Assembly (NCBI GenBank): GCA_977017575.1
Contig: CDRNVI010000089.1
Location: forward strand, 62,001 to 126,000
Direction: 5' to 3'
DNA from: Paramoeba atlantica
Taxonomy: Eukaryota; Protista; Discosea
Length of the DNA: 64,000 nucleotides
Positions 41,401-51,949 of this stretch are shown here, piece after piece (positions within the stretch are counted from its first letter, which is position 1; each line of letters starts with the position of its first letter). A model generated the notes under the pieces. That model searched no databases and was not told where the DNA came from. It saw only the letters and a list, made by a program, of their open reading frames with translations. The position numbers were made by a program, and so were the translations under genes.

Positions 41401-44400
41401 TTAGCCAGCGGTCCCAAGAACTGATGGCAACTCTTATGAGCTCTTCGCTGAGAATGGCAACATCTTCGACAAGTGATACATTTTTCCTACGAATGGAGTC
41501 TAGAAGAGCACACGCAGCTTTGCTGCGGGAAGCAGCCTCGGAGCTGTTGGCGCAAAGCTGGAGAGGGTATATCATAGCCTGGGGGTGCGCTTCTCCTAAA
41601 CGGCTCAATAATTGGTGGAGTTGTTGACGTACATCTGAGCGAATAATATCAATACGAGATATCAATTGTGGGAGCACCTTTAGCCAGGCATCGAGTCTTA
41701 CCAGCTTTAAACCTTGATCCATCTCAGCGTAGACAGCTGTATAATGGCCAAAGTTAAACCAAATGAAAAGAATCCGAAGAAGATCTTGAAGATCAGTATC
41801 ACGAACTAACGCGGATGTGTCATCCTCTGAGTCACCTGTTACGGGAAGTTTTATGTCTTGGTTTTGTACCCCTTTTGCAGAGGAAGCTTGAGAGGTACTT
41901 AATTGCACTGAACGAAAAAATCCTTTCAGCGCGGAAACTAGATAAGCAAGTTGTGTTTCTCCAAACCCGGTCGGGGAACTCTCTCCCCAAGGTGATGAGG
42001 AAAGAGCGGTGTGCAAATTAGCCATTGCCCAAGAGTGCCACGCTCGAAAATTCTGATCATCAAAGTCCTTTGCAATTTTTAGATTTTCCATCACGAAATC
42101 AGAGACTATCCCGCCTGATGGGCTGGTGATATCCTCAAGTCTCTGTTTCCACTCGCCCAGAGTAAGATGACATATCGCTTTTGCAGAGCTATCAATGTCG
42201 GTGCGCTGAGAGAAAGTACTGACAAATAAGGACAACTTTTCGAATGCAGAAGGAAGTTCACCGATATTTTTTAAATGTTTAAAATATGTCATAGCAATCG
42301 AGACATCGCATGAAGCCGGATCAAATTTCAGCTGAAGTGGAGATGTATTCGGAGTAGGAACTTCAGAAAGAAGACGAGCCAGTGCACATTCCGCCATCCG
42401 TGGACGATTCTTTTGCCGAGCAATATCTATGAAAGATATCCAGGTTGGAATATCTTCGTGAACTGGACGTACTAAAGCGTGGAGGGATAAGTTCACCAAA
42501 AGCTGTTTAGGAACAGGAGCGGCGCTCGAAATGCGTTTTTGCCATCCTGATTGCAACTGATCTCGCCAATCCAAGTTTTGAGCATAGGAAATAACTTCCT
42601 CTAATTCGCATAAATTCTGCAAATTCATCAAGTGTTCATATCCCATATCATAGGTGTCTTTCAGAGATCCGGACAGTGCGCAGTCCAATCGGCTCCGACC
42701 TTGATTCACACATTTTTGAGCTGACTCGTAATCCCCGGATCGAATATGAAGGACCGTTTTGTAGAAGTCGCTCTGCTTTTCTGGAAGCACCTGTTGGCAA
42801 GAATCAAGAAAATTCCAGTCCTCCATGTACCAGGCAGCAGCAGCAGATTCAAGGGCAAGGTCTGTCCTTTGACTTGTCGTGCAAATGCTCCAATAATCTT
42901 TGACAACGTTGACGAGCTCTGGCCAGTAGCCATCTATTCGGTAGCAGCGACATAACCCCAGGACTTGGCTGTGATCAGGAAGCATGCCCTTGGCATCAGA
43001 CTCCGATAAACGAGTACGGTAAGTCTCAATCGCCCTGGAATACTGTTGTAAAGTTTCCAATGCCTCGCCGCGGCCAGTCTCGCAGGCGAATTTCTCTATG
43101 AGGTACTCTACTTCGTTGTCTCCGTGTTTAAGATTTCTGGAAGTCTCGCTCCGAGTCTGTTGTGTATCGCGCAGAAGTTGTTCAAGAAGACCACTCGCTC
43201 CCTCTGGAAGGTGTAATTGTTGGTAGAGAGATGTCAATCGACTTACCATTCGAAAATCATGTACGTGCTTCTCTACAGGAGTTTCAATATATTGCGTTTC
43301 ACAAAAAAGAAGTGCTCGTGCGTAGTTATTGGCGTCCAGAGAAACCTGAATTAACACATCAAGATCAAAAAATGGACGCATGATATGAACGTATCGCGCT
43401 CTGGGAGGTGGTTGTATCGTTAACATGATTTCAAGCCTGCCGTCCAGTAGAGAATGAATTTCGGAGACACGTTGAACAGGAATCCCGTCGATTTCAATAA
43501 GAATCGATCCCACGGGTACTTTGGCATTGGCTCCAGGTGAATTTTCAGCTATTCGTGTCACGACGACGTGGTCATTATACACGGTATCTGCGGGCTTCGG
43601 ATCCGTACCTTCTCCGTATCCAATTCCGAATTTATCAAAGAGGTTACCACGTTGAACACGGCGGGTTTCAAGTTTCCCGTAGAAAAATTCTACAGAGGGT
43701 TTGGGGACGCGATAGGGCATAAGAAACTCAACCAAAGATATTAAGAGGGCACATACTTCCTTTTCACAGACGAGAACCATGCGCGTAAGGTAGTGCATTA
43801 TATTGCTTTGAATATCTTCACGCAAACTTCTGAACACATTGTGAAAAACATAGGGAAACAAATCTCGAATCAGAGGACTGTATTCGTTGGCGAGAGATGA
43901 TATGCATCGCATACCAGAATCAGTGCTGTGTCGCAACATTTCTAGCGATAAGCTGTCGAACCATTGCATCCATTCTGAGGTGCTTCGATCTATAGGGACT
44001 GAACCGGAAAAGAAGCTCATAAGTGCGGAAAGGCCCTCTTCGGGAACTAATTCAGTTTGTTTCTGTTTGACACTTTCTATATGTAAAGATGCCGGTAAAC
44101 AGTTTTCCTCCGTTTTTTGAAAAAGTAAGTTTTGTAGTCGAAGTGCATTGCTACCAATAAAACGAATATGGGCGTACATGTGACCCAAGTAGGGAACTGT
44201 GCGTTGAAGATGAACCAGTTCAATATCACTAGCTGGAGTGCCAAGAGCTTTTGCTAACGTGGAAGTAATTTCGTTCTGTGTAACTTCTCGTCGGGGAGTC
44301 ATACGCAGTATGAGGATGGTCTGATCGGAACTACCTGTACTGGATGTCACGGCGCCAGTAAAAGGGATTTCCGCAGATCGAGATGTAGGAGATGTTGCAG

Positions 44401-47400
44401 GAGCTTCTTTATCAGTGCGAATATTTTGGACTCCCGAAAAATGCTGAATAAGCTGTTGAAAATTCGAATCAGTGACACCCTTGGCCTCTGAGTACATTTG
44501 AATTAACGGCAGGAACTTGCTTCCGAATTTACCCAGGGCTTTTAAAATTTCGCAAAGAACTTCAGTTGTCTTATGTTCCACTGTGCGACTCGGTGTGTGT
44601 TCTAATAGTCGAAGAAGATGATGCACTGTACGTGTACTTATTTCTTTAAAGTTTGTCTGTTTAGCGGCGACGGAAAGAAAATTTAAGCAATGCATATTAA
44701 GTGCTATCCCTGTCGGCGTGTGCGATGCAGGCTTGATGTACTGTAAAATCAGAGGGACAAGATAATAAATATCCTTGTCGAGCGCCGAAATAAAACTTTC
44801 AAAGCCTTGGATGACAAGCATACATATTTCACGCTTCTCAGTACGATCTTCAATCATGCGTTGTACCATAAAATTGAAAATCCAGCTTTCGATGCCGGGA
44901 CGGATAACAGTGGAAAAAGAGCGCGCTATCTCAGACAAAATTTTAACGACATTTACAAGGATCCGGCAAGAAGTAGTATTGGCACTATTCGTGTCACAGG
45001 TTTCGCAATATGTGCTCAGAGCTTCTAAAACAACCAAGGCATGACGACATCCATCACTAGCATCGGCCTTTTGTTGATCAATGTGTAATAATGAAAGCAT
45101 ATGAGACAAAACATCTGCGTGAAAGACGCGCCGGTTCGCATCGGATAAAAGCTGGAGACCAATAGGCAGGAGAAGCTCCAAGTGTGGCACTAGCTGAGTT
45201 GGCTTCAAGGTAGTAAGAAGAGAACTCATGGTTTGCATCGCTGAGGCAGAGACTATCGAACGAGAGCTCAAAATTTTAACTAGAGCAGAAAGGAGAACGG
45301 CAGGATAGTGCTCCGCAATCCGACGATTGCAGCGAGCCGGAAGGATAGTACGTACAAGAAACCTTTCAACCGCAGAGGCCTCATCGTCCGTCAAGCGCTG
45401 TTCTCTTCTTCGAACGTGTAACCTTTTTAACCTCATGGGGTCAACTGCCCCCACGGTTCCGAGAACACAAAGTACTTCCCTGCGAGTGAGTGTATCAACT
45501 CTTGTTTCGCCATGAAGACATTGTAACAGGACTGAGAATAAGTCTGGGAAAGCTTTATGAAAAGCTTCAGATACAAGAGAAGTGCTTCTTAGAATACCTG
45601 CGAGTGCATTCAACGCGGCGCGTCGACGTATCGAAGATGTTCGATCCTGTACGGAAGATACCACAACGTCCAAAACTTTAGAATTTCCTGTAGTTTTCTC
45701 GTCGTGGTGAAGTATGGATCTCTGAACTATTCCGCTTACTAATTCAAACAGTGTGGTACATAATTGTGATGGCCCAGAACCGGATTGTATTTTTTCAAGT
45801 ACCAGTCCCAAAAAATCTTGCTGCGGAGAACCGTGTGATTCTACAGGAATGTCATTGCATATCATTTGTAGAAGCATCCGAGCCGAGTGCTCCATATAGG
45901 CGTAATTGCGACTATGTTGTAGCTCAGCAATGAACTGTGCTTGTATTTTCTTCAATGCAGGAATGACATACGCAGGATGTACTTTGGTAAGACGACAAAT
46001 AACACTAAGACCCGCCTCGCGAACTCCCAATTTTTCGTCGTGAAGCGACATAAAAAGAGTTTCCAAAATGTCCGGTGAAGCCAAGTGGGAGTCTAATCGC
46101 GAATCCAAGCCTTTCATTACCTCGTAGCGAACACCATCGGCAATGTCTGCTACGCCAATATCAACTATTTCTCTCAAAATATCAGTATCAACCATCAGGC
46201 AACTTTGTGAGGATGTTGGCGACATGGTTGTAGTACTTGAGAGGGGGGATGTGATATCTGTACCTATGTCCAATGAGACGCTAAAGATCTTAAGAATAGT
46301 GCGAACTACGACTTCTCGTAGCTCCACGCTGGGGTCTTTGAGAAGGGGGGCTAGGTGGGTTCTCAAAAGGCCTTGTATCATGTCGTTGGATTTAGGGTTG
46401 AATGTGGCCAGAGTACGAACGGCAAGAATACGGTCTTCAAGAGATGGCTTTCCTGCGACCTTTCCTTCATCTTGCTCATAGTGTCGAGTTTTGTCCCTGT
46501 AAGGATCGAATTTGTCTGATACACCAAAGTCCCTGAAGTGGGATATGTCACTCAGTTGAGCTGTGAGTTTCAAAGTCAGAGAACTACGACCATAAATGCG
46601 AATTCGAGGACGACGTTTGCCTCTGTACGGCAAAAGCTTAGAGGACTCGGTGCTCGCAACATAGTTTTCCTTCGGAGTTTGTAACGTATGCATTATGATG
46701 GTGAGAAGCCTTTCTTGAAAGGTTGGAACAAATTCCGGAAGTGATTCTCCAAGAATACTAAGGGAGTCTGTCAAGAAACGATTTAGTCCGCCAGCAAATA
46801 AACGATCCATGAAAGCCTCGATTTGTGGTTGCAACCATGCTTTGTCACTGATTTTGGCTATTTCACCTAAGCATTTTAAGGCCTCGATCGTAACGTTGCG
46901 TTTCGTAATATGTGAATCAGGCATTGAATTTGCTGACTCTGTTGTACCCTTAGTATTTTCCGGCAATGGAAATACACAAGAGGGAGCAACTCCAGATGGA
47001 CTCCCAATGCGAGATATTTCCTTGTTTCCGTCCATACTGTCAGACGTCTCTGAAATGTCGTTCGCCTTCGACGCAATGCTAACAGAGTCTGAAGTGGAGA
47101 TCGGAATTTGTCCCGGTTTCTCTGAAATAGGATCAACTTGTTTATTTGCTTCTTCTTCTTCACTAGCAACTTTACACAAAGCGTCTAGCGTGCGCTTCAT
47201 CATGTCATTAAGATGGGGTAATACAGCTTCTCGTTTTAGATTAGAAATGAGTTCTGCAAGAGCGATAAAGGCACACGATTTTGTTGCCGGGTCGCCATTT
47301 GATGTGTAGAAATAGAGAACCTCCCGAAGTGTGCGCGTAATGTAACATGCAACGAAAAGGTCCGTCATTAGCGGAAAAAAAGGTATCATGCGAATCAACG

Positions 47401-48292
47401 TCAAACGACAACATAAGTCAGTATGAAGACGTTTTTGAAGAACGAAATCCATTACAGTCATAGCATAATCAGGATTTCGTGTGTTTCGAGCAATGCAAAT
47501 TAGCATCAGGAGAGACCCGTGCCAAAATCTAATCGGACATTTTTTTGAAAGATACATCTCACACTGTGTTACACTGCGGGATAACGCCTGTTGGGGAACA
47601 ATTGCTGCGTGAACAAGTCGATCTAATGCTTCTCCAGCGTATTCACGCGTTCTTTGACATGGATGACAAAGTGAAATCCATATACTCTGTAACAAAGGTT
47701 CAGTTGAAATCGAAGGTCGTAGCATTTCCGGTACTTCTGCGGCAAGCATGCCAATTATTCGACAGGAGGTATAAAGATAGTGATCAGTGTCTGCTACAGC
47801 CATCCATTCAAGACATTGCATAGCCTCAGAAGAAACAATCTCGATTGCCAAAGAGCCTCCGTCTCTCACAAGTGCATGTAAACCTGAGATTGCAGCATCA
47901 ACGGTGACTTCATTATTGGCAACTTGAAGCGCAGCAGCCAGTAAGTTAGAAAACCGAGCTCTTTTCGTTCGATGCTCCATATATGGTACATCAATCAAAG
48001 CCTCCATTACCTGAATCCCGGCCAATGAATTGGCACTGAATGTATAGTTCAGTTCTTGATTAATACGTTCTATGTGTTCGCGCCCTAATTGTGCCAAGTA
48101 GGCTTGAATATGATCCTTGATAGCAGCAACACATTCAAAAGTTTCTTCAGGTGCGTAGGGGTGATATATATTTGCTTGCTCGCGAAGACTCGAAAAAAGT
48201 TCAGATATGAGAAAAACGTTGGTTCCTGCAGACGCCTTAACCAAAAAGTGGTCCTCTGACAAGAGATAGCTCCCTTTATCAGTAGAAATCAT
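38468..48292 (-). CDS. TOR3: Target of rapamycin kinase, PDZ-containing TOR3 (TOR-like 1) type
   Basis: HEAT repeats; PDZ-like insert (FGIGY...VVVTRIAENSPG..AKVPVGSILIEIDG); FAT and FRB regions; kinase LKGHEDLRMDER, GLGDRH and HIDFGDCFE; FATC ending GWCPFW. Confidence 0.93.
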   Translation of the reverse strand: MISTDKGSYLLSEDHFLVKASAGTNVFLISELFSSLREQANIYHPYAPEETFECVAAIKDHIQAYLAQLGREHIERINQELNYTFSANSLAGIQVMEALIDVPYMEHRTKRARFSNLLAAALQVANNEVTVDAAISGLHALVRDGGSLAIEIVSSEAMQCLEWMAVADTDHYLYTSCRIIGMLAAEVPEMLRPSISTEPLLQSIWISLCHPCQRTREYAGEALDRLVHAAIVPQQALSRSVTQCEMYLSKKCPIRFWHGSLLMLICIARNTRNPDYAMTVMDFVLQKRLHTDLCCRLTLIRMIPFFPLMTDLFVACYITRTLREVLYFYTSNGDPATKSCAFIALAELISNLKREAVLPHLNDMMKRTLDALCKVASEEEEANKQVDPISEKPGQIPISTSDSVSIASKANDISETSDSMDGNKEISRIGSPSGVAPSCVFPLPENTKGTTESANSMPDSHITKRNVTIEALKCLGEIAKISDKAWLQPQIEAFMDRLFAGGLNRFLTDSLSILGESLPEFVPTFQERLLTIIMHTLQTPKENYVASTESSKLLPYRGKRRPRIRIYGRSSLTLKLTAQLSDISHFRDFGVSDKFDPYRDKTRHYEQDEGKVAGKPSLEDRILAVRTLATFNPKSNDMIQGLLRTHLAPLLKDPSVELREVVVRTILKIFSVSLDIGTDITSPLSSTTTMSPTSSQSCLMVDTDILREIVDIGVADIADGVRYEVMKGLDSRLDSHLASPDILETLFMSLHDEKLGVREAGLSVICRLTKVHPAYVIPALKKIQAQFIAELQHSRNYAYMEHSARMLLQMICNDIPVESHGSPQQDFLGLVLEKIQSGSGPSQLCTTLFELVSGIVQRSILHHDEKTTGNSKVLDVVVSSVQDRTSSIRRRAALNALAGILRSTSLVSEAFHKAFPDLFSVLLQCLHGETRVDTLTRREVLCVLGTVGAVDPMRLKRLHVRRREQRLTDDEASAVERFLVRTILPARCNRRIAEHYPAVLLSALVKILSSRSIVSASAMQTMSSLLTTLKPTQLVPHLELLLPIGLQLLSDANRRVFHADVLSHMLSLLHIDQQKADASDGCRHALVVLEALSTYCETCDTNSANTTSCRILVNVVKILSEIARSFSTVIRPGIESWIFNFMVQRMIEDRTEKREICMLVIQGFESFISALDKDIYYLVPLILQYIKPASHTPTGIALNMHCLNFLSVAAKQTNFKEISTRTVHHLLRLLEHTPSRTVEHKTTEVLCEILKALGKFGSKFLPLIQMYSEAKGVTDSNFQQLIQHFSGVQNIRTDKEAPATSPTSRSAEIPFTGAVTSSTGSSDQTILILRMTPRREVTQNEITSTLAKALGTPASDIELVHLQRTVPYLGHMYAHIRFIGSNALRLQNLLFQKTEENCLPASLHIESVKQKQTELVPEEGLSALMSFFSGSVPIDRSTSEWMQWFDSLSLEMLRHSTDSGMRCISSLANEYSPLIRDLFPYVFHNVFRSLREDIQSNIMHYLTRMVLVCEKEVCALLISLVEFLMPYRVPKPSVEFFYGKLETRRVQRGNLFDKFGIGYGEGTDPKPADTVYNDHVVVTRIAENSPGANAKVPVGSILIEIDGIPVQRVSEIHSLLDGRLEIMLTIQPPPRARYVHIMRPFFDLDVLIQVSLDANNYARALLFCETQYIETPVEKHVHDFRMVSRLTSLYQQLHLPEGASGLLEQLLRDTQQTRSETSRNLKHGDNEVEYLIEKFACETGRGEALETLQQYSRAIETYRTRLSESDAKGMLPDHSQVLGLCRCYRIDGYWPELVNVVKDYWSICTTSQRTDLALESAAAAWYMEDWNFLDSCQQVLPEKQSDFYKTVLHIRSGDYESAQKCVNQGRSRLDCALSGSLKDTYDMGYEHLMNLQNLCELEEVISYAQNLDWRDQLQSGWQKRISSAAPVPKQLLVNLSLHALVRPVHEDIPTWISFIDIARQKNRPRMAECALARLLSEVPTPNTSPLQLKFDPASCDVSIAMTYFKHLKNIGELPSAFEKLSLFVSTFSQRTDIDSSAKAICHLTLGEWKQRLEDITSPSGGIVSDFVMENLKIAKDFDDQNFRAWHSWAMANLHTALSSSPWGESSPTGFGETQLAYLVSALKGFFRSVQLSTSQASSAKGVQNQDIKLPVTGDSEDDTSALVRDTDLQDLLRILFIWFNFGHYTAVYAEMDQGLKLVRLDAWLKVLPQLISRIDIIRSDVRQQLHQLLSRLGEAHPQAMIYPLQLCANSSEAASRSKAACALLDSIRRKNVSLVEDVAILSEELIRVAISSWDRWLNAIETIAKQRRGDASTDLDLYMEHIGPLYSVLDNPKTKDERLFQKTLGPLIRRAWRCINDLHEIEIPEGEQPVTEASLPATEAGRFAEAWTLLRQVHQRLTERVQSLPKVVPLEDYSSVLAERTFTLPIPGTYNPHGPTLLFSGFHRDLRIIPSKQRPRRVTLRGVNGYEYKFLLKGHEDLRMDERVMQLFTLLNSFFAVSPQLPAGLSISTYSVMPLSENVGLIQWIENTETVYQMITSYRQGSGTSLMLEVNLLTQLGDLKHINDFSDLPFAKKRDYLQHVLDNTPTSDLRLLFWERNDTSENWIEYRTNYIRTMAMMSMVGYVLGLGDRHLNNIMIHSSGNVVHIDFGDCFEVAMAREKFPEKVPFRLTRMLVGAMEACGLDGTFKHICERVMTALRKHKDSVTSLLETFAHDPLLSWRLDTLYESSTTVDAAREAAKKTVEVLEFDDDPSGPPATKTPGAATIDEASLLNAVEKFSLMPTDELISRSYREKEFKHHAKKLLMPKEKALTKNSENEHSSVKLENLDATDMVRLHQYCLQHWDTLGATSPRAVGLQDTVDKMEALSLSSHLETSTSSEHTGTQSRDPETRFKVTNTKSLSEKPSSRSGSRLTSPTARFTADDLSENKCNSTLHFEEENPLETNAVTNDPTDGPEPSLEDEEPNFMETSEHSPVPICSTGPSRSRILLSEKPTDPHAPPHHSSPEADTPPPPAPPHPSLPSLLNRIHDLLTQTLTSFHPAFLSAVRVFKAACRLYPHDPLLFLKGVGEQPESFMALLRVTYGMSGKNKTARRVLRRVRDKLHGTDFHAPWPPRGGAEAPGCVPQQTESPRSGSPGVFDGRGVLHPMMSYCERPGPIFLGTSYVESTHTMLGGGGGGVGIGMPTWGYGGMGMGLGGRGWLGGGEEEGGNKGNRGGGGMRVEGDGGSGSPGGENMGGLLTSSNSFRGLEVGQQVQRLIEEATSVDNLCVAYVGWCPFW

Positions 48293-48354
48293 GAATTACT
48301 TTCTAAAACTCTCTTTTACGAATGCAAGTTATCTAGATTACATGTAAACGTATA

Positions 48355-48422
48355 ACTGTATGTATTATGTGTACATACATACTGTATATACATACTGTAT
48401 GTGTGCATACATACTGTATGCA
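48355..48422. repeat. Low-complexity CATACTGTAT / TA-CA repeat
   Basis: Three copies of catactgtat in a TA/TG-rich context upstream of TOR. Confidence 0.7.
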
Positions 48423-48817
48423 CGAGTAGCGTCCCCAAAATTTCATAGAAGAAACTGAAAATGTCCACGACAAACACCGATATACATGTATTTTGAACGA
48501 CACTTTTCTTCTGAAGAGTACAGAAGAACACAAAAAGGATAAAAAAGGGACAAGAATATGTAAACAAAATGTTTATAAATAGAATTACAGAAAACAGAAT
48601 CTACATAATCAAATATTCTTGAATAAATGACTATCAAATCTCTACGCACATGTAAAGGTAGACGGATAAAAACAGAGATCGAAAATACGTGTAGATCATA
48701 ACATGGCATGTGCAATACAGATAATTACAAAACCCTAATTTGCATGTATTTCGATTTAAACTATATTCTGATAGCAGAAAAAATCCGAACAGTTTATCTT
48801 CGCACAGAACAAAGCCC

Positions 48818-50557
48818 CTAGGAACCAAAAATTTCGTCCTTCTCATTCAATGCGTTCACGAGGTGTTGATCTACTATATTAAAAGAAGCGTAATTTTCTA
48901 TCCATTTTAAACATTGTGCTTCTGGGACGTCCTGAGCCTCGCGACATTTTTGATTCGAAGAAAATGGAGGGGCACTGAACCATGGGAGTTGGCCACGTTG
49001 CCAGTCATACAATACTATACGTGCCGCAGCTTCCGTATCGGGAAGACCACCGGGAAGAAGCTTCCCTCTGACATTCGCCACACAAGTAAGAAAGAAGTCT
49101 GCATTACTTCCCCATTTACCTTCACAGAAAGAGTCGAGCTTGTATCGAGAACGTAGGTCGGTATGTTTTACTATTTTCAGAACAGTATCAATCATACTTG
49201 TTTTGCAAACGCCGGCGAGCCGTTCCACTCGTACAACACCCTTTAAAACGCTTTGAACCTCGCTGTTTGACTCCTTGTCATAAACTACCCCCGGACAATC
49301 AATAAGATAAATGCTCCGAGTAAGCATGACATATTGCCATACTTTTGTCTCTCCAGGAATGGGTGCCACCTTACATACCTTTTTTCTTCGCAATGTATTT
49401 ATGAGAGAACTTTTACCGACATTAGGATATCCAAGAATTCCTACGCTTATAGGATTACGGGAACGATTAGTTTTATGGCTTCTAGACGCTTTATTGCCCG
49501 TTGCGTTGTTAATAGCTTTAGAGCCATGAGTCACATTATGCAATCGAGAAAATTGACGTAAGAGGTTAATTAGATTTCCTTTTCCAAAGGGATGAGTCGG
49601 TGAGCTGTGCAACGCAAGTGTTGGGTACTCTTTAGATAAAATTTGAAGCCACCGTGCAACAGCCCATGAAGGAACCAAGTCGCATTTATTAAGAATCAAA
49701 ACGAGATGCTTATGCACTTTCTCCCGACGAAGATAGGATTCTAAAAAAGGTGAGCGAGTGCCCATTGGATCTCGAGCATCAAGGACATAGAGTATAACGT
49801 CGGAGCTGTCAATAACTTTATGAGTTTCACCCCAACACCGACTGCTTTGACCTTTCTCAAAAACTCGCAGGGAAGATGTGTTCTGACCATGTTCAACGTT
49901 CCCAAATAAATGAGCGCTTACGTGATTCATATTTTCATCATTTGTACCAATTGCATGTACGGATGATTCGTTATAGGAAGTCATACGAGTTTGAGCCTCG
50001 TCGCGGAACTGTTCTATGCTAACTGATGAAAGGCTTACCCTTTTTCGACGGGACTTAGTACCAAACGTGTCAACGAAGCGCATAGGCGTTTTACTTTGCA
50101 AGGAAGATCCAGCTGCTGCCGCATTCTGAGTTGCCGTACTTGTTTTTTCAAATTTTGTAGCATTTTTCATCTTGCCTGTTTGTTCCTTTTGAAGCAAACT
50201 TAAAGGAAGCTTGCTATGACGAAGAACGATAGAGTATGGATCACTTTGCCTCTCGTGCATCTCTCCTCGTGCGGCTTGTAGTGCATGCGAACCTATAACA
50301 CGAGTGTTTCCAAACCAGCGACGGTCTGGTGCTATTCGTGCCACGCTTTGTGGCACACGTTCAGATGCAAATAAGACACTACCCGTTAAAATTCGTCCCG
50401 TTTGACTGTCTCTCGTAATTTTAGATTTGTACATTTTTAGCACACGGACTTTTCTTTGGGAACGCAGATCCGTGCGGCCGACAATGTGTACTGCAGTGCG
50501 GTTCGGATCCGTAGACGGACCAAGACGATTGCCAGCTTTTTTTCCCGGCTTTCCCAT
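48818..50557 (-). CDS. NOG2: Nucleolar GTP-binding protein 2
   Basis: RIAPDRRWFGNTRVI, KVIDSSDV, DARDP, NKCDL, GYPNVGKSS, KVAPIPGETKVWQY and DCPG. Confidence 0.97.
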   Translation of the reverse strand: MGKPGKKAGNRLGPSTDPNRTAVHIVGRTDLRSQRKVRVLKMYKSKITRDSQTGRILTGSVLFASERVPQSVARIAPDRRWFGNTRVIGSHALQAARGEMHERQSDPYSIVLRHSKLPLSLLQKEQTGKMKNATKFEKTSTATQNAAAAGSSLQSKTPMRFVDTFGTKSRRKRVSLSSVSIEQFRDEAQTRMTSYNESSVHAIGTNDENMNHVSAHLFGNVEHGQNTSSLRVFEKGQSSRCWGETHKVIDSSDVILYVLDARDPMGTRSPFLESYLRREKVHKHLVLILNKCDLVPSWAVARWLQILSKEYPTLALHSSPTHPFGKGNLINLLRQFSRLHNVTHGSKAINNATGNKASRSHKTNRSRNPISVGILGYPNVGKSSLINTLRRKKVCKVAPIPGETKVWQYVMLTRSIYLIDCPGVVYDKESNSEVQSVLKGVVRVERLAGVCKTSMIDTVLKIVKHTDLRSRYKLDSFCEGKWGSNADFFLTCVANVRGKLLPGGLPDTEAAARIVLYDWQRGQLPWFSAPPFSSNQKCREAQDVPEAQCLKWIENYASFNIVDQHLVNALNEKDEIFGS

Positions 50558-50690
50558 ATTAATAGTTAGAAAAAAAATTCACTAAGTAAGCGTAAAATTA
50601 AGGAACCTAATAGCCAATTAACCTAATAGCTAGGGACACGAATAGTCGCCCCCTTACATTTTGCATGAATAGCTTTATAATAAAATACTA

Positions 50691-50988
50691 CCGTATACCC
50701 CCCAGTAAGAGAATGGGTTTTGGGTCAAAATGGCCAAATCTCTCTTACTGGGGATTTTTTCTCTTTTCTCCCAACTTTTTTGACAAGTTTTCCTATTTTT
50801 TCCTCTGAAAACGTGTTAAAACGCTTATTAGGGTTACCCCCGAGGCCCCCGACATGCGGACACTGACCCTGTACGCCCTATACGCATCCTGTGGGGCTCC
50901 CAAGCCAGATCTCTCTTACTTGGGGTCAGCCCAAAAAGGGCCAAATCTCTCTTACTGGGGGGGGGGTACCTTACTGGGGGGTATACGG
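50691..50988. mobile_element. 298-bp TA-flanked MITE (pogo/Tc1-like CCGTA ends)
   Basis: Perfect 19-bp TIR CCGTATACCCCCCAGTAAG with TA on both sides, and internal repeats of CCAAATCTCTCTTACTGGGG. Confidence 0.9.
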
Positions 50989-51051
50989 TAAGAGGACTAC
51001 GTTTAACACTGGTCTTGCCAAGTAAGGGGGTGCGTAAAAAACAGCGTTGTC

Positions 51052-51387
51052 TTAAATATTAATGCCCAATATGTTTTGAATACATTTGGCGAGGTCGCCA
51101 TCATTTTCACGTAGAATTTGTTCTGCTTCCTTGCGGGTTATGCCCAATTCAGAGCTGAGTTCTTTTACGATGTGATCTTTTCCTGTAAGATCAACCTTAG
51201 ATAAGCGTTTCTGTCGAAAATTTTCCATTTCCCTTTTCTTTTGGTTTAGGTCGTGAAATTTACGCACAGCTGATGCGACATCTGAGATATCCACATCCGC
51301 GTGAGAAACAATATTTGCACCGACAAAATTGGAGTTTAAGCGATCAAGATCAGTATCAACCATGGTGCCGTGAGAACTCTTTGTCAT
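51052..51387 (-). CDS. HYPK: HYPK-like protein (C-terminal UBA-like)
   Basis: DHIVKELSSELGITRKEAEQILRENDGDLAKCI is typical of the HYPK/NAC-UBA C-terminus. Confidence 0.75.
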   Translation of the reverse strand: MTKSSHGTMVDTDLDRLNSNFVGANIVSHADVDISDVASAVRKFHDLNQKKREMENFRQKRLSKVDLTGKDHIVKELSSELGITRKEAEQILRENDGDLAKCIQNILGINI

Positions 51388-51949
51388 TGGATCTGAAGGA
51401 GATAACGATAATGAAGTTCTATTATAAGTGGTTTAAAAGACATTTGTTTTTAATTTTTACTAAACCACTGTTCGGGTTAATATTCCTGGTAGGAATACTA
51501 AGAGGGTACATGAATATTACGAGGTATAAAAAGAGGACCATTTTTTTGGAGTGATGAAAAGAAGTGGCATCGAGTTGACGTTCAAGTAATACTTACAAAA
51601 GAAATGGGGGTACATGGTGTACAGCGAAACACTTTGAAAATATTTGCAGGAAACGTTGGAAGAAGGGGAGTTGTCGAAAACGTTTATCATTGCTATACCC
51701 CTACATGTCTTGCAAAAAAAGAATGGAAAGCAGAAATTCTCTTTTTGAGTAAAACTGTGTCAAGGTGATCCAATGAGCTCAATTGCTTCGCAATGCGAAG
51801 TTGACTGGAAAACTGCTTTTATGTAGAAACTGGAGCTCTTAGATGCAGTTTATCGGTACATGAAGTATCGGAACTCCCGCGTATTACTCGCGTTGTCAGG
51901 TTGACGAGGCTTATTGAAATAGAGAAGCCCAATAGTAGGATAAAATTAT

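Noticed and set aside
51400-51940. Possible decayed ORF between HYPK and USP36
   Set aside because: The frames are interrupted and show no recognisable motif.
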